A stretch of 64,000 nt of DNA. Origin: Salpingoeca rosetta (Eukaryota; Protista; Choanoflagellata). A program made the position numbers and the translations under genes. The notes below the pieces were generated by a model, which did not search any database, was not told the DNA's origin, and saw only the letters and a program-made list of their open reading frames with translations. Within the stretch, counting starts at the first letter, position 1, and each line of letters starts with the position of its first letter. Location of the stretch: assembly GCA_033442325.1 (NCBI GenBank), contig JAWQFM010000035.1, positions 656,421-720,420 on the forward strand, written 5' to 3'. Below, in pieces: positions 36,334 through 48,359 of this stretch.

Positions 36334-37528
36334 TGTGTGTCTGTGTGTCTGTGTGTCTGTGTCTGTGTCTGTGTGTGTGTGTGTGGACTACCTTCTGCTT
36401 TCGCGTTCGCCCTTCTGTTCGCCGCATGTCTCCACCGCCCACCACCCATCACAACATTCCCCCCCCCCCTATCACAATATCAGGAGGCTGCGGCGAAAGT
36501 TGCGCGGGAGCGAGCGGAGCGGGCAGCGCGCGATGACGAGCAGTGGCAGCAGGAACAGGAGTCCATCGCCACCCACCAGCAGCACGACCACGCCGAGGAC
36601 CAACAACAGCAGCAGCAAGAGCAGCAACAGGAGGGAGAGGAGAAGGAAGAGGAAGGCCAGCAAGAGAGTCACGAAGCGCCACAGGAGCCCGAGATGGCCG
36701 TGGAGGAGGAGGAGCAACAGCAGGGGGAGGAAGCCGCGTCCACTGGCGGACAGCGCGCACGTGCTCTCTACGACTACCAAGCCAGTGCGTTGTTGACTTG
36801 TCAGCAGGGGCTGTGTGCGATGTGCAGTTGGCTCCCTGCAAGCACAGAAACACCCACACACATCACACACACACACACACCCACACACATTACTCACACA
36901 CTCTCACTCACTCACACACACACACTCTCACTCACACACCCACTCACTCACTCACTCACTCACACACACACTCACACACACACACACACACACTCACTCA
37001 CTCACTCACTCACTCACTCACTCACTCACTCACTCAGTCACACACTCAGTCAGACACAACACACTCTCTCTCACTCAAACACACACACTCACTCACTCAC
37101 TCACTCATTTGAGAATTCAGTCACTCACTCAATCAGTCANNNNNNNNNNNNNNNNNNNNNNNNNNNNNNNNNNNNNNNNNNNNNNNNNNNNNNNNNNNNN
37201 NNNNNNNNNNNNNNNNNNNNNNNNNNNNNNNNNNNNNNNCTCTCTCACTCACACACACACACTCACTCACTCACTCACTCACTTGCACACTCACTCACTC
37301 ACTCACTCACTCACTCACTCGCTCACTCACTCACTCACTCACTCACTCACTCACTCACTCACTCACTCACTCCCTTGCGTGCGTGTGTGTTCAGCTGGGG
37401 AGGACGAGATTTCGTTTGACCCGGACGATGTGATTGAGGATGTGGATCAGGTGGACGAGGGATGGTGGATGGGCACATGCCGTGATCGCCGCGGCCTCTT
37501 CCCCGCGAACTACGTCGAGCTCATCTGA
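34073..37528 (+). CDS. CTTN: Cortactin/HS1 homolog
   Basis: [35 protein letters not shown] (NTA with DDW). Cortactin repeats [43 protein letters not shown]. 31-nt exon 35953-35983. ASSLRARFE coiled coil. SH3 [38 protein letters not shown]. Confidence 0.95.
36895..37372. repeat. (CACT)n/(CA)n microsatellite spanning an assembly gap in the last cortactin intron
   Basis: Tandem CACT units on both sides of the N run. Confidence 0.9.
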
Positions 37529-37911
37529 ACACGCGCGCGCATACACATGCATGCACATACACATGCACGTGTGCGCATTGTTTGGGTGTTGTGTTGCGGG
37601 TCGATGATAGGGTGTGTTACTGTTGTTCGATGGGTGTGTGAGTGAGTTGTTGTTGGCTTGCATTCTTGTTTGTGGGCGCTCTCCTTTTTGCCCCTGTGAC
37701 ATTGACGGCTGTTCTGCTTGCGTCTGCTGGTGTGTCTTGCGTGTGTCTGCATGTCTTCATCCCTGTGCCTGCTTGCTTGCCCTGCTGGGGTGTTGCTGTT
37801 CACTGGCGTTTATTCGCAACTGAACGCTGTAAACACCACCGGCATTGAAACAAACAAACGACACACACCACAACACACACATCCCAGTCAACACCTGCGT
37901 GTGTGCGCGGG

Positions 37912-38104
37912 CTATGCGTTGGCGGCGGTGATCTGGTGCGCAATGTGCACCGCCGGATTCAGCACCACGTTGCGCTGATGGGGTGCCATGCAAAGCGGGG
38001 GGGGGGGAGTGAAGGGGGAAAGGGGCATTGAACGAAACACATGGTGTGAGCGAGAGGTGTTGAAGGGTGTTGGGAAGGGCGATGGAAGGGGTTCACGTAC
38101 CCAT

Positions 38105-38193
<89 letters not shown>

Positions 38194-38194
38194 C

Positions 38195-38225
<31 letters not shown>

Positions 38226-38498
38226 TGTACACACACACACACACACAGACACGCACCTACCCTGGCTGCTGGATTGATGCCCGGGGTGTGCTGGACAGCG
38301 TCGAGCCAGCGGATGAGGTCGTGGCACGCCTGGTAGTCCGCGTACGTCACCTGTGACTGTGGTTCGTCGGTGGTGCGCAGGTGTAGTGGGCTTTAGTGAG
38401 CAAAGGATGGCGTGTTTGCTGGTGCAAGGCGCAAGTGGCGTTGTTGTTCAACACAACGCACAACGCACAAAGAGCTCAGCACACACACACACACACAC

Positions 38499-38574
<76 letters not shown>

Positions 38575-38997
38575 AAGCCAACCAACCATGATGGTGCAGA
38601 CGGCGGCCCACATGGCAAAGTCCGCCAGTGAGGGCGATGAACCTGCAACACCTCCAGTGATGGTGGCAGCGTCGTTGATGATGGCGTTGATCTCTGCCAG
38701 CTCCTGTCGACGGATCTGTGCACCGCGGCCCTCCTGTACCGCCACCAGCGCCTCCGCACGCGCGCACATCTCCTCCACGTTGCCGCCCTGCAGCATCGGG
38801 TGCTGAGCGCACATGGCCTGGACACATGCAAAGATGCCCTGCGCAGGGGCGTCGGTCTTTCCTGCCGTGTATGTTGCAGTGGTGGCGGTCTCAGACACCT
38901 CTGTGCGCACGTCGAGCTGCAGCACCCCGGAGATGACGGACACCAGCCGCTCGAGGCTCTGCGCAACGTGTATGTGAGTGAGTGAGTGAGTGAGTGA

Positions 38998-39062
<65 letters not shown>

Positions 39063-39413
39063 TGTGTGTGTGTACACGTGTGTGTGTAAGGCGTGTGCGC
39101 ATACACAACATCACAGCACATGACACCACACGCCACCAACACTGCGACCAAACATGGGTGCTGGGCACGCACCTTGGGCAAGGTCAGTGTGCCTGGCGCA
39201 GAGCACCGCTTGATGGCGGGCCGTGATGCAGTGGCAGGTGTTGTCGTGGCAGTCTTGGCCGGTGCAGGTGCGGTGGCGCCGCTGGCCTTTCCAGCACGCT
39301 TGGCGAGAAAGCGAGCAATCTGCATGCATGGGAGAGGCGAACATAGAGCGCGCGTGGACATTTGCGTCGGTGAGCGATTAACAGTGAGCCCATTAGCAGC
39401 CAGCACGCATGAC

Positions 39414-39506
<93 letters not shown>

Positions 39507-39731
39507 CGCACACACACCTGCTCATCTGCGTCGTTCATTTCAATGGGAGCTGGCTCTTGCTGCGTGGGAGCAGCAGGAGCGGCTCCACGAGCCCTGGTAA
39601 CCAGACACCCACACATGTATAACTGCAGTGAGCAGGCAGTTCCCTTTAACCACATCCCCTCACAACAGCTCTCACAACGCATGGGCTTACGCGAGGAAGC
39701 GCTGCACTTGATCCTCAGCAAAGTTGGCCAT
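37912..39731 (-). CDS. GST-C-fold protein, AIMP3/EEF1E1-like (multisynthetase-complex scaffold candidate)
   Basis: Spliced MANFAEDQVQRFLA/ARGAAP..DEQ/IARFLAKR..PK/SLERL..SPSLADFAMWAAVCTIM/VTYADYQACHDLIRWLDAVQHTPGINPAAR/RNVVLN..*. SLAD and RW..VQH.PGI match the AIMP3-type GST C-terminus. Confidence 0.65.
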
Positions 39732-40194
39732 CTTGCTTGTTATCGTCTCTCGTGTGTGGCGGAAAATAATTGCACGCAATCGCCACCCAATATGGGACCA
39801 GCGAACTAGCGAAGACCCACCTCACAGACCCTCTCTCCTTCTCTCTGTCTCGCTACCGCCTTGCTTGCTTGCAAGCAACCAAGTAGACGTGCCTCGGCTA
39901 GCTCCCCTCTTCACTGCCTCACCCAATACACGTGTAATGGCTGTTGATTGAGCGATTGGTTCGCAAGGTCAGGGTAACGGGGAGAACAGACAAAGATCTA
40001 AAAGTCTAAAGGACACAAAATGCATGGCCTACTATTGCATGAACCATACAATCAACCAGAGGAGGCAGCGCACAGTTCACCTGTTCACGGCCGAGGGTGT
40101 AGAGAACGAGGCACAAACAGAACAGTCAAGGCGACCGGAGAGGGGCAGGGGGGCAAGAAAGGCAGTGAAGCCATGGAGAGACCTACTACACAGG

Positions 40195-40292
<98 letters not shown>

Positions 40293-40298
40293 CGGCAC

Positions 40299-41405
40299 CT
40301 AGACGAATTGGCAAATAGCCGGGCAACCAGGGCCGAGTGTGGCATCGTTGCTGTTGCCATAGAAATTCACGCAAGGGGCCTTGCTGAAGTCGCCGATGCA
40401 CTCAACCAGGCCGAGTTTCGGGTTGTTGCGAATGGCGAACGAGGCTGCAATCTCCGCACTGGACGATGTAAAGGTCAGGGACTTCAGCGCCGTGTTGCTT
40501 TGGATTTGCAGCACACCAAACACTCGAAGCGGCCGTTCAGGGCCGCCAATGGTCAGATCAGTGAGAACGTCGTTGGACTCAATGCGGATATCGCCGGTGC
40601 TGACCAAAGCTGGAAGGTGCAACCGCAACATTGCTGTGTTGCCCTTCACATCCATGGCGCCGGACACAACTTGGAGGGACGGAAAGTCGATGACTGTAAG
40701 AGCGTCGTTCGACTCAATCTTGAGATCCAGTCCGACGGATTGGAGCGCAGGGAGGTGAACCGCCGTCAAGGCATTGTTTGTACGGAAGTACACCTCCTCG
40801 CCAACCGTCCGGAGAGCGGGGAAGCTGATGCTCGACACGTGCAAGGACGTTGCTCTCAAGTTGCCGCCAACTGTGAGCAGGCGCGCCATGGTGGCTGCCG
40901 TTGTCGGGGAGAGTGGGTTGATGTCAATGGTACCGTCCACCACGGTGATGTCCTGTACAGCGTCGCAGCAGCACCGAGATATGTCGGAAGCCTCGCACAC
41001 GCCCGAGAGCACGCTGTCCCCATTGCCGCAGTCAACCTCGCCCGGTACTTTGATGAGGCACTCCGTCTCTGTCGTGTTTGGCGCTGCGAGAGCACGGACC
41101 TCGGCCAGCTGCATGCGCAGGTTGGCAGCCTCGCGCTTCAACGTGCTCACCTCGTTGATCAAATCATGCACGCTGACGCCATCCACAAACACGCCGCCAC
41201 CGCCGCCGCCAGTCGTGTTTGCGCGCGTCCACATGTACGTGTTGTTGAGGCTGCGGATGTGCAGGTTGTCGTTCTCGTCCGTCACAATCCTTGCCTTGTT
41301 CTTGCTGGCGCCACCGACGTCGCCAGCCGCGTCCCTGCCCATCGCCACAACAACCAACACCGCCACAACAGCGCCCAACGTCGCACGCGAGAGCCTTTGC
41401 ATCAT
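40299..41405 (-). CDS. Secreted protein A: signal peptide + cubilin-N-terminal-like module/coiled coil + receptor L-domain/LRR-type repeats
   Basis: Intronless 368 aa ORF: signal peptide, ARIVTDENDNLHIRS, VFVDGVSVHDLINEVSTLKREAANLRMQL, RCCCD, repeats LxxVGxxLxIxxNxxLxxIxFPxL, ends CPAIC. Confidence 0.85.
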   Translation of the reverse strand: MMQRLSRATLGAVVAVLVVVAMGRDAAGDVGGASKNKARIVTDENDNLHIRSLNNTYMWTRANTTGGGGGGVFVDGVSVHDLINEVSTLKREAANLRMQLAEVRALAAPNTTETECLIKVPGEVDCGNGDSVLSGVCEASDISRCCCDAVQDITVVDGTIDINPLSPTTAATMARLLTVGGNLRATSLHVSSISFPALRTVGEEVYFRTNNALTAVHLPALQSVGLDLKIESNDALTVIDFPSLQVVSGAMDVKGNTAMLRLHLPALVSTGDIRIESNDVLTDLTIGGPERPLRVFGVLQIQSNTALKSLTFTSSSAEIAASFAIRNNPKLGLVECIGDFSKAPCVNFYGNSNDATLGPGCPAICQFV

Positions 41406-41708
41406 GTCTTTGCTTTTGATTGATTTGAGAGAAATGTGTACGCACGCGAAAAAGAAAGAGGGAAAGTCGACGATGCATGTCGGTTGTCGTGTGCTGGGTG
41501 GGGGTGGAAGGTTACTACTGTTGAATAGTGTGGTGTGACAGGAGAGCAGGATGAGGGTAGCAAGAAGATATTTGGGTACGTGGACGCACGTCTACACGTG
41601 GCCTAAGAGATGGAGGATGAACCACGAAAGTGGAAGCAATATCGAGCAGGAGAGGGAAGGAACTATGACAACACCACTCAAAGAGCGGTGCAGGAGGTGG
41701 CTCATCAT

Positions 41709-43003
41709 TCAAGAACACTGCGAAGGACAGTTGTTGTCAAGGGCAATGGGACCAGTCAAGATGAGGCAGTCACCCGGGGCGTTAATGGGTGCAGTGCAGC
41801 TGACTTGTAGGGTTTCCTCGCCAGAGTGATTGATGACTATGGGTGCAAGGGTGTTCAGCTCCGCCGCAAACGATATCTGGGAGAGGTCTGGGTTGCCATA
41901 AATGTCAATGCCGCCGTGAATGTTGATGGAGAGGCCGTTGACGTTGTCACCAAGCACCAGCTGACTTAGATACTGGTTGTCGGAGATATCCATCTTGCCT
42001 CCGACCGCCGACAGCGTCGAGAAGTCAAGCGAGGACACGGCGAGTTCTCGAAGGGTCAAGTCACCCGTCACAGACGCAAGCGACATTACGCTCACGGCGG
42101 ACAGTGTTGGGTTATTGCTGATAGTGAGTGGGCCGTCGACAACGGAGAGCTTGGAAGTCACCACGGTCGAGAGTTGATGGTTATTGCTGATCACCACGCC
42201 ACCAGCGTGGAAGAGGGCTGGGGCGTAGAAGGTAGTAAGCGCCACGTTCTGCAAAAGCACCACCATGCCACCGACAGTGTGGAGGGAGGCGAAGAGCAAG
42301 GTTTGCAGCCCCACCCCTTCAACCTCGAGTTTGCCGAGAACGCTGGTCAATTCCGACAACTCGACACCTGGGTCTGCGTGTGTGTCCATGAGCAGGTGTC
42401 CGTGAACCATCTCGAGGTCAGACACTTCCTCGCAACAGCAGTGATTCACGTCCTGCGCCTCAGTGACAATGTCTGGTATGGTGTTGGCTTTTGTGCAGTC
42501 AAGGCTGGGGAAGTTACCACCAGTGGTCGTGCTCGGTGGCTGCGTTGTGGTTGCCGCAGCTGCTGTGGTTGTGCTGGTGTTTGTTGCGGGCAGGAGCGAG
42601 CGCACGTGCGCCAATTCTTGTTGCAGCTGCTCCACCTTGGCTTCCAGGTCCGCAAACCGCTCAAACATGCGGCCCAGGTTCTGGCCGTTCACAAACACGC
42701 TGCCACTGCTGCTTGTGTTGGTGGTGGTGGTGGTGGTGCCATTGCCGCCGTCGATCGGGCTCTGTTGTCGGGTGTTGATGAAGGTGTTGTTCAAGCTCGT
42801 GATGTGCAGGTTCTTGTACTCGTCAGACACGATGCTCGCCTTCCCACTCTGTCCCTGCTGCTGCTGTCCCTGCTGCTGCTGTTGCTGCGCCTCTCCCTGC
42901 ACCAGCACGCCGACTCCGCCACACGCAACAATGGCCGCTACCAGCGCGAGTAGGACAGCAGCCCGCGCAGGCACACATCCTCTTCGCGACGCGTGCGTGC
43001 CTC
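41709..43003 (-). CDS. Secreted protein B, paralog of A; start codon unresolved
   Basis: ASIVSDEYKNLHITSLNNTF..VFVNGQNLGRMFERFADLEAKVEQLQQEL, HCCCE, same repeats, ends NCPSQCS*. The ORF-track start at 43079 is TTG and no in-frame ATG precedes the signal peptide. A CAG acceptor near 43004 suggests a small upstream exon. Confidence 0.8.
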
Positions 43004-43108
43004 CTGTGTTGCTTGTTGTGGGTGGGAAAGCACAGAGGAAACGAGAGGAAAGTGCGAAAGAAACCACAAGCGCACACAAAACACCACGGCAAAACGCTCT
43101 TGACGTGC

Positions 43109-43640
43109 ATGCATGGCATGATTGATGGACACTGTCCTCCTGTCAGCACCGCACAAAGACACACAACCCCACTCATGTCTTCTTCCGCCAAGCAACACGG
43201 TGGCTCCTCTGCAGGGATGCGGCAAGGACAGGGTGGTGTGGATCCACCGGATGCGGATGCGGTGGTGGTGGTGGGGCTGGGGACGTGGGCGCTGATTGCT
43301 GCGCAGTTGGCGAAGAGCTCACCGCGCACTTTATTCAACCTCATGATGACAAGCAAGGAGTTCTACGCGTCCTTGCCGTTTGCACTGCCAAAGTGGTGCC
43401 TGGAACACGCGTACAACCCAGCCAAGGCATCGCCCGCCACCACTTGGCTGCCTCGCCCGTGCCACGACAGCGCACAAGCAAGCACGAGCACGTCCGATTC
43501 GCAGCGACCCAGGAACTCACAGCGGAACCACCAGCAAAGATCACGATCCCCCCACACGCAACAACAACCACAGCAACAGCAAAGGTCGGGACCCCCCTGC
43601 ATACAACAACAACGACCGCAGCAACGGCAAAGACCACAGC

Positions 43641-43687
<47 letters not shown>

Positions 43688-45514
43688 CGACCACTACAAC
43701 CACGGCAACCAGAGCAGCAGCACGCACAGTCACAAGAAAGGTGGTGGCTCGAACGGTTCCTCGTGCATTCATGGCTTGGTGTGTGGTGGCTCGTGCGTGA
43801 GACAGAGGCAGTCGAGTGCGCGGCCACCGCCAACACGCGCATGTTCTCCGCGTGCGTACGCGTGGAGTTTGACCGCAGGCCTTCACCGGCACGGGTGGAA
43901 GGCTGGCTGTGGGGGTGCGATGACACAAGTGAGCCGCCAGCCGATGCGCCCGCCGCGCCCCGTGATGACGCCCTGGCAGCCCGCGTGCGCGTGTCTGTGG
44001 ACCTGTTCACGCAGGTTCAGGCCGACCGACTCACGGCGTTCCTCAAGAGGCTCGTCCCAGCTGTGGACCACGTGAACGTTGTCGTCCACGCCACAGCGCA
44101 CGGGGGCGTGCAGCTGCTAACAATCCACGACGCGCCAGCCCTTGATCTGGAGCTGCACACGACGCTGCCTTCCGTCAGTTTGCACAACATCCGCAACGTG
44201 AGCATCATGTCCACGGAACAGCAGGAGCTGCGCGGCGTCATGCACAACGTGGAGTGCGTGCAGGTGTTCAACGACGTGAGCCCGTCCGAGGACTTTCAGT
44301 TGCTTGGAGGCATCCCCAGCGTCCACATTGAGCACACGGCGATTCTGCACAGCCTCTGGTTCCTGCAAGACGCACACCGCGTGCACCTTTGCAATTGCGG
44401 CATCCCAGACATGGAGCCCATTGCCCACATCCGACACCTCATCCTCGACAACTGTGAAACCGACGAGGACGAGTCGGAGAACCCCACCTTCACGGGGGAG
44501 GACATTTCGTTGGTGGACATGCAGCACATGTACGGCACGCTGTCAATGCCATACGCCACCAGAGTGGTGGTTGACAACTGCGACCTCATCAACAGCGTGC
44601 GGTGCGCGCGGCGCCTCTCGTACATGAAGCTTGTCATGTGCGAGCACTTGACGACGCTGCCGGAGTTTGAGCACGTGGACCATTTAGAGCTGATTGGTGA
44701 ATGGAGCATCGAAGAGCTGCAGCGGGTCGCTCCCTTGACAGACAAGCTCACCCTGTCGTACATGGGCGCGGACGCGCGCGTGCTCCACGCGCCCCTGGCG
44801 TGTGTCAACGTCACCCGCAACTGGCACACGTATTTTGAGGGAGATCACGCTGGTGCCCCGAGCGAGCCCGTGCCGCCAACTGTGGACCGTGTGCACCTGG
44901 ACCTGTGCGACATGGAGCAAGTGTGCGAGGTCGTGGTGCAGCTGTGCCATGTGAAGGACATTACGCTTGTGTTCAAAACAACCGTGCGCGTGGACGTGAG
45001 CCCCCTTACTGCTGTGCGCTCGCTGCGTCTTAGCGCCAGCTTCGACACAGCGCACCCACAGCTTGTGGGGCTGGCATCCCTCGCACACCTGCACTCCCTG
45101 CATCTCTCCTACATGCACTTGGACGGCGTCACCATCACCTGCCCCACCGTATCGCTGCGCGGGTGCACTGGCACGGCCGCCATCATTGGGGTGCGCGACG
45201 CACATGTGGAGGGCACGCACCTCCGTGTGACGGAGGTGCGGGCCGTTGACAACCTTGAGCTGGAAGGTGTCAAGCATGTTGGCGCAGTGACAAACGTGGT
45301 TTCATGTTCTGTTCGCTTCGACCTTCCCACCCGCCCGCGGGTGCTGAATGGCGTGCGGCGCCTCACCTTGCATCGGTGCACTGTCTCCGACCTCACCTGC
45401 TTCGCTGACGTGCAAGTGCTGCGCGTTCGCCAGTGCTCTGGGCCTCGCAGCGTGCTGCCTGTCACTGGCACGTGGGATCGGCGTGTGCACCCTTTCCCAA
45501 CCAGCATACGTTGA
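43109..45514 (+). CDS. Intronless F-box-like/leucine-rich-repeat protein
   Basis: About 800 aa ORF (first ATG 43109, possibly 43175). F-box-like TWALIAAQL..LFNLMMTSKEF, a poly-Q linker, then degenerate LRRs (LQDAHRVHLCNCGIPDMEPIAHIRHLILDNC; LNGVRRLTLHRCTVSDLTCFADVQVLRVRQC). Confidence 0.7.
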
Positions 45515-45541
45515 TAGGGTGATTTTGATGTGCGTGCTTTA

Positions 45542-45636
<95 letters not shown>

Positions 45637-46475
45637 ACGTGTTACGTGTGTGTGTGTGTGTGTGTGTGTAAATACGTGTTACGTGTGTGTGCGTGTGTGT
45701 GTGGTCCTCTGCCTGCCTGTGCCTCCTCTCCCCCTCTCCTCCCCCCCCCCCTCTCCTTCTGTCGGGTTGCTCCCAATGGATCCATGCATGCTTCTGTGTC
45801 CATTGCCACCAAAGGGTCATTTATTTCGGTCAAAGCAATGCGTCAACGCTCAAACAGAGCAAACAAAGCAGCCAAAGGACATACAGAAGCTACAAACACA
45901 CGAACGAGCGATGGGAGCGCGAGGGAAAGCTTGTCAAGGAAGGAGGGAATGATGCGTGTCGGTAAAAGTAGGTAGTGTAGGGTAGCCATGGTGTGCACAT
46001 CAAGTGCCATGCAAAGCAAATGACAGTGGCCTCTCCTCAAAAGACGATGCAAACAGAGCAAGGCTTTGCTCCCGCTCAACGCAAAGAAAATGGGGGGGGG
46101 GGGTAACGCAAGCAGCGAAAGGGAGCGGGTAAGCAAGCAACAAAACAAAAGAACGCAGAAAGAAACAAGCAGCTGTAGACACGGCGAACAAAGCTGTCCA
46201 GAAGGCAGGGGGGGGGGACAAAAGCACAGCGGGAAGGAGCACGGCGTGCGAGTGGTAGGTGGCGTTGCGTGCGCACCGTCAGCAAGCATGCCATCAAAGA
46301 ACATAAACGGAACAGAGGCAGTCAACGGTCAACAGGCGTTGTCGAAAGCCAACAACAGAAGAGATGTTGTCGACATAGTCATCAGCAAACGCGGAGAACG
46401 CAGAAGACGTGCCCTCAAGCGCGTCCAACAAACCCAAACAAAACACAAAACACATGCACATGCACGCATGTATGG

Positions 46476-47720
46476 CTACTCGAGAGTAAGAAAGCATGAG
46501 CCTGGGCAGTTGGTTGTCATCACACCATCGTCGATGTCCACACACTCGACGTTAATGTCGCTGCAGTCAAGAGCACTGAGTGGGTTGCCCTTGAGAAACA
46601 GGCCACCCCCAATGGACAGCGACTGCGTGAGGGCCAGCTGTGTGATGGCGTTGTTGGCGAGGTCCAAATGGCCACCAATGGAGGTGAGCGAGTTGAAGTG
46701 AACGGCGGTGAGAGCGTTCTTGGCGAGGTCGACATTGCGGCCAACAGACGTGAGGCTGCCAAAGTCGATGGAGGAGAGATAGTTCTCGGAGGCATCCAAG
46801 TCCAGGCCAATGGCGTTCATGGTGAGGGGAAGATGCAGGCTCTGCAGCTTGTTGCGGGACACGCGCAAGCTGCCACCAACGGAGACGAGCTGGCTAAAGT
46901 TGATGGAGAGCATGGCATCGCTGTGCAGGGTGAGGTCCGAGCCCACAGCCTGCAGCTTGCCGAGGTCGACGGATTCCAGGGCGACGCTGTTCAGCAGGAA
47001 CTGGCCATCGACGCGCGACAGCTCGCCGAGATTGAGGCTGGTGAGGTTGCGGTGGAGGAGGCTGACTGTGCTGACACGGGAGACGCTGCCGAGGTTGAGG
47101 GTTTGAAGCGCGTCGCTGCTGAGGATGAGCGGGCCTGGGATCTCCTGCAGGGCGCCAAACTCGATGCTGGTGAAGCTCCCCCTGCTGCTGAGAATGCCAC
47201 CGCCGATGCTGACCATGTTTCCAAAGGACACGGTCTTGGCATTGGGGTCGATGTACACGGCGCCGGAGACGTGCGTGAGCTGGTAGAAGGCGTCGCAGCA
47301 GCAGTGGACGACCGTCTCGGCTTCACACGCGCCGATGCCCAGGACAGCGTCGCGCGAGGCCTGGCTGTCGCAGTTGAGGTGCTCGACGCGGTTTCCCTGG
47401 CACACCACGGATGGCGGGGCGACCAAGGCTTCCAGTGCCCGCATGCGAACTTGTTGCTCGCGCATGGTTGAGATGAGGTCGATGTCGCCGAGGTAGACGG
47501 TGCCATTCCAGTGGGGCTCGAGGAAGATGCTGCGAGCGCTCTCGATCCGCAGGTTGTTGCCGTCGTCCGTGACAATGCGCGGGCGTGTGGGCCCACTCCC
47601 ACCCTGTCCTGCATCTGCTGCGACTGCTGGGTTTGTGGTGCACAGCAGCATTAGCAGCACGCAAGGCAGCAGCAAGCAGCGGTCCTGCTGCAGCAATCGT
47701 TGTCGCTGTTGTCTCATCAT
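46476..47720 (-). CDS. Secreted protein C, paralog of A and B
   Basis: ATG at 47720 (MMRQQ..LLLPCVLLMLLCTTNPAVAA), PRIVTDDGNNLRIESARSIFLEPHWNGTVYLGDIDLISTMREQQVRMRALE, HCCCD, about ten 22-aa repeats (LTSVGRNVDLAKNALTAVHFNS), ends NCPGSC. Confidence 0.87.
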   Translation of the reverse strand: MMRQQRQRLLQQDRCLLLPCVLLMLLCTTNPAVAADAGQGGSGPTRPRIVTDDGNNLRIESARSIFLEPHWNGTVYLGDIDLISTMREQQVRMRALEALVAPPSVVCQGNRVEHLNCDSQASRDAVLGIGACEAETVVHCCCDAFYQLTHVSGAVYIDPNAKTVSFGNMVSIGGGILSSRGSFTSIEFGALQEIPGPLILSSDALQTLNLGSVSRVSTVSLLHRNLTSLNLGELSRVDGQFLLNSVALESVDLGKLQAVGSDLTLHSDAMLSINFSQLVSVGGSLRVSRNKLQSLHLPLTMNAIGLDLDASENYLSSIDFGSLTSVGRNVDLAKNALTAVHFNSLTSIGGHLDLANNAITQLALTQSLSIGGGLFLKGNPLSALDCSDINVECVDIDDGVMTTNCPGSCFLTLE

Positions 47721-48294
47721 GTGGGTGGTGGGGTGTGGAGGTTGTTGTGGTGGTTGTGGTGGTTGTTGTTGTGGTTGTGGTTGTTGTTGTGGGGACCTTT
47801 GGGAAAATGCATCTGTCCTGTGGTTTGCTCCTTGTGCTTTGCTTTTGCTGTGGTTGCTTGCAGGGAAAGCAAGCAAAGGCGAGGGAAGTCGTCACCGCAG
47901 CAAAACAGTGGAATGGTGAAAGCAACGCAGTTGGCCAGTGGCTTGGTTGCTGTGGCACACAAAACGCGCATTTCAGAAAGTTTGTGCGAAACACGGGAAA
48001 AATTAGAATGAAATGGATGGCAAGGGCAAAGTTGACAAAGGCTGTCAAGGTCAATTTTGCCTTTGCCCAGCGGGAAAACAAACAAACCCAAAGAAAGAGC
48101 AAAAAGGCGGAGACGGCACCAAACAAGCAACAAAACAAGGGTGTTGTTGGTGGTGTGGTGAGTGTTTTGTTGTAGTTGTTGTTGGCGTCGTTCGAGGTGC
48201 TGAAGCAAAGCCAAGGGATCGCGAGAGGAGCAAGAAGGACGAGCAGGGGAAGACACAAGCAGTTGTAGCAGACACAAGCAGTCGCCGTTTCGTC

Positions 48295-48319
48295 ATGGAC
48301 AACGAGGTGTGTATGGTGT

Positions 48320-48359
<40 letters not shown>

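Noticed and set aside
40020-41423. 467 aa plus-strand ORF (and similar ORFs at 42174-43125, 46668-47471, 32341-33428)
   Set aside because: Antisense shadows of GC-rich genes with clear motifs on the opposite strand.
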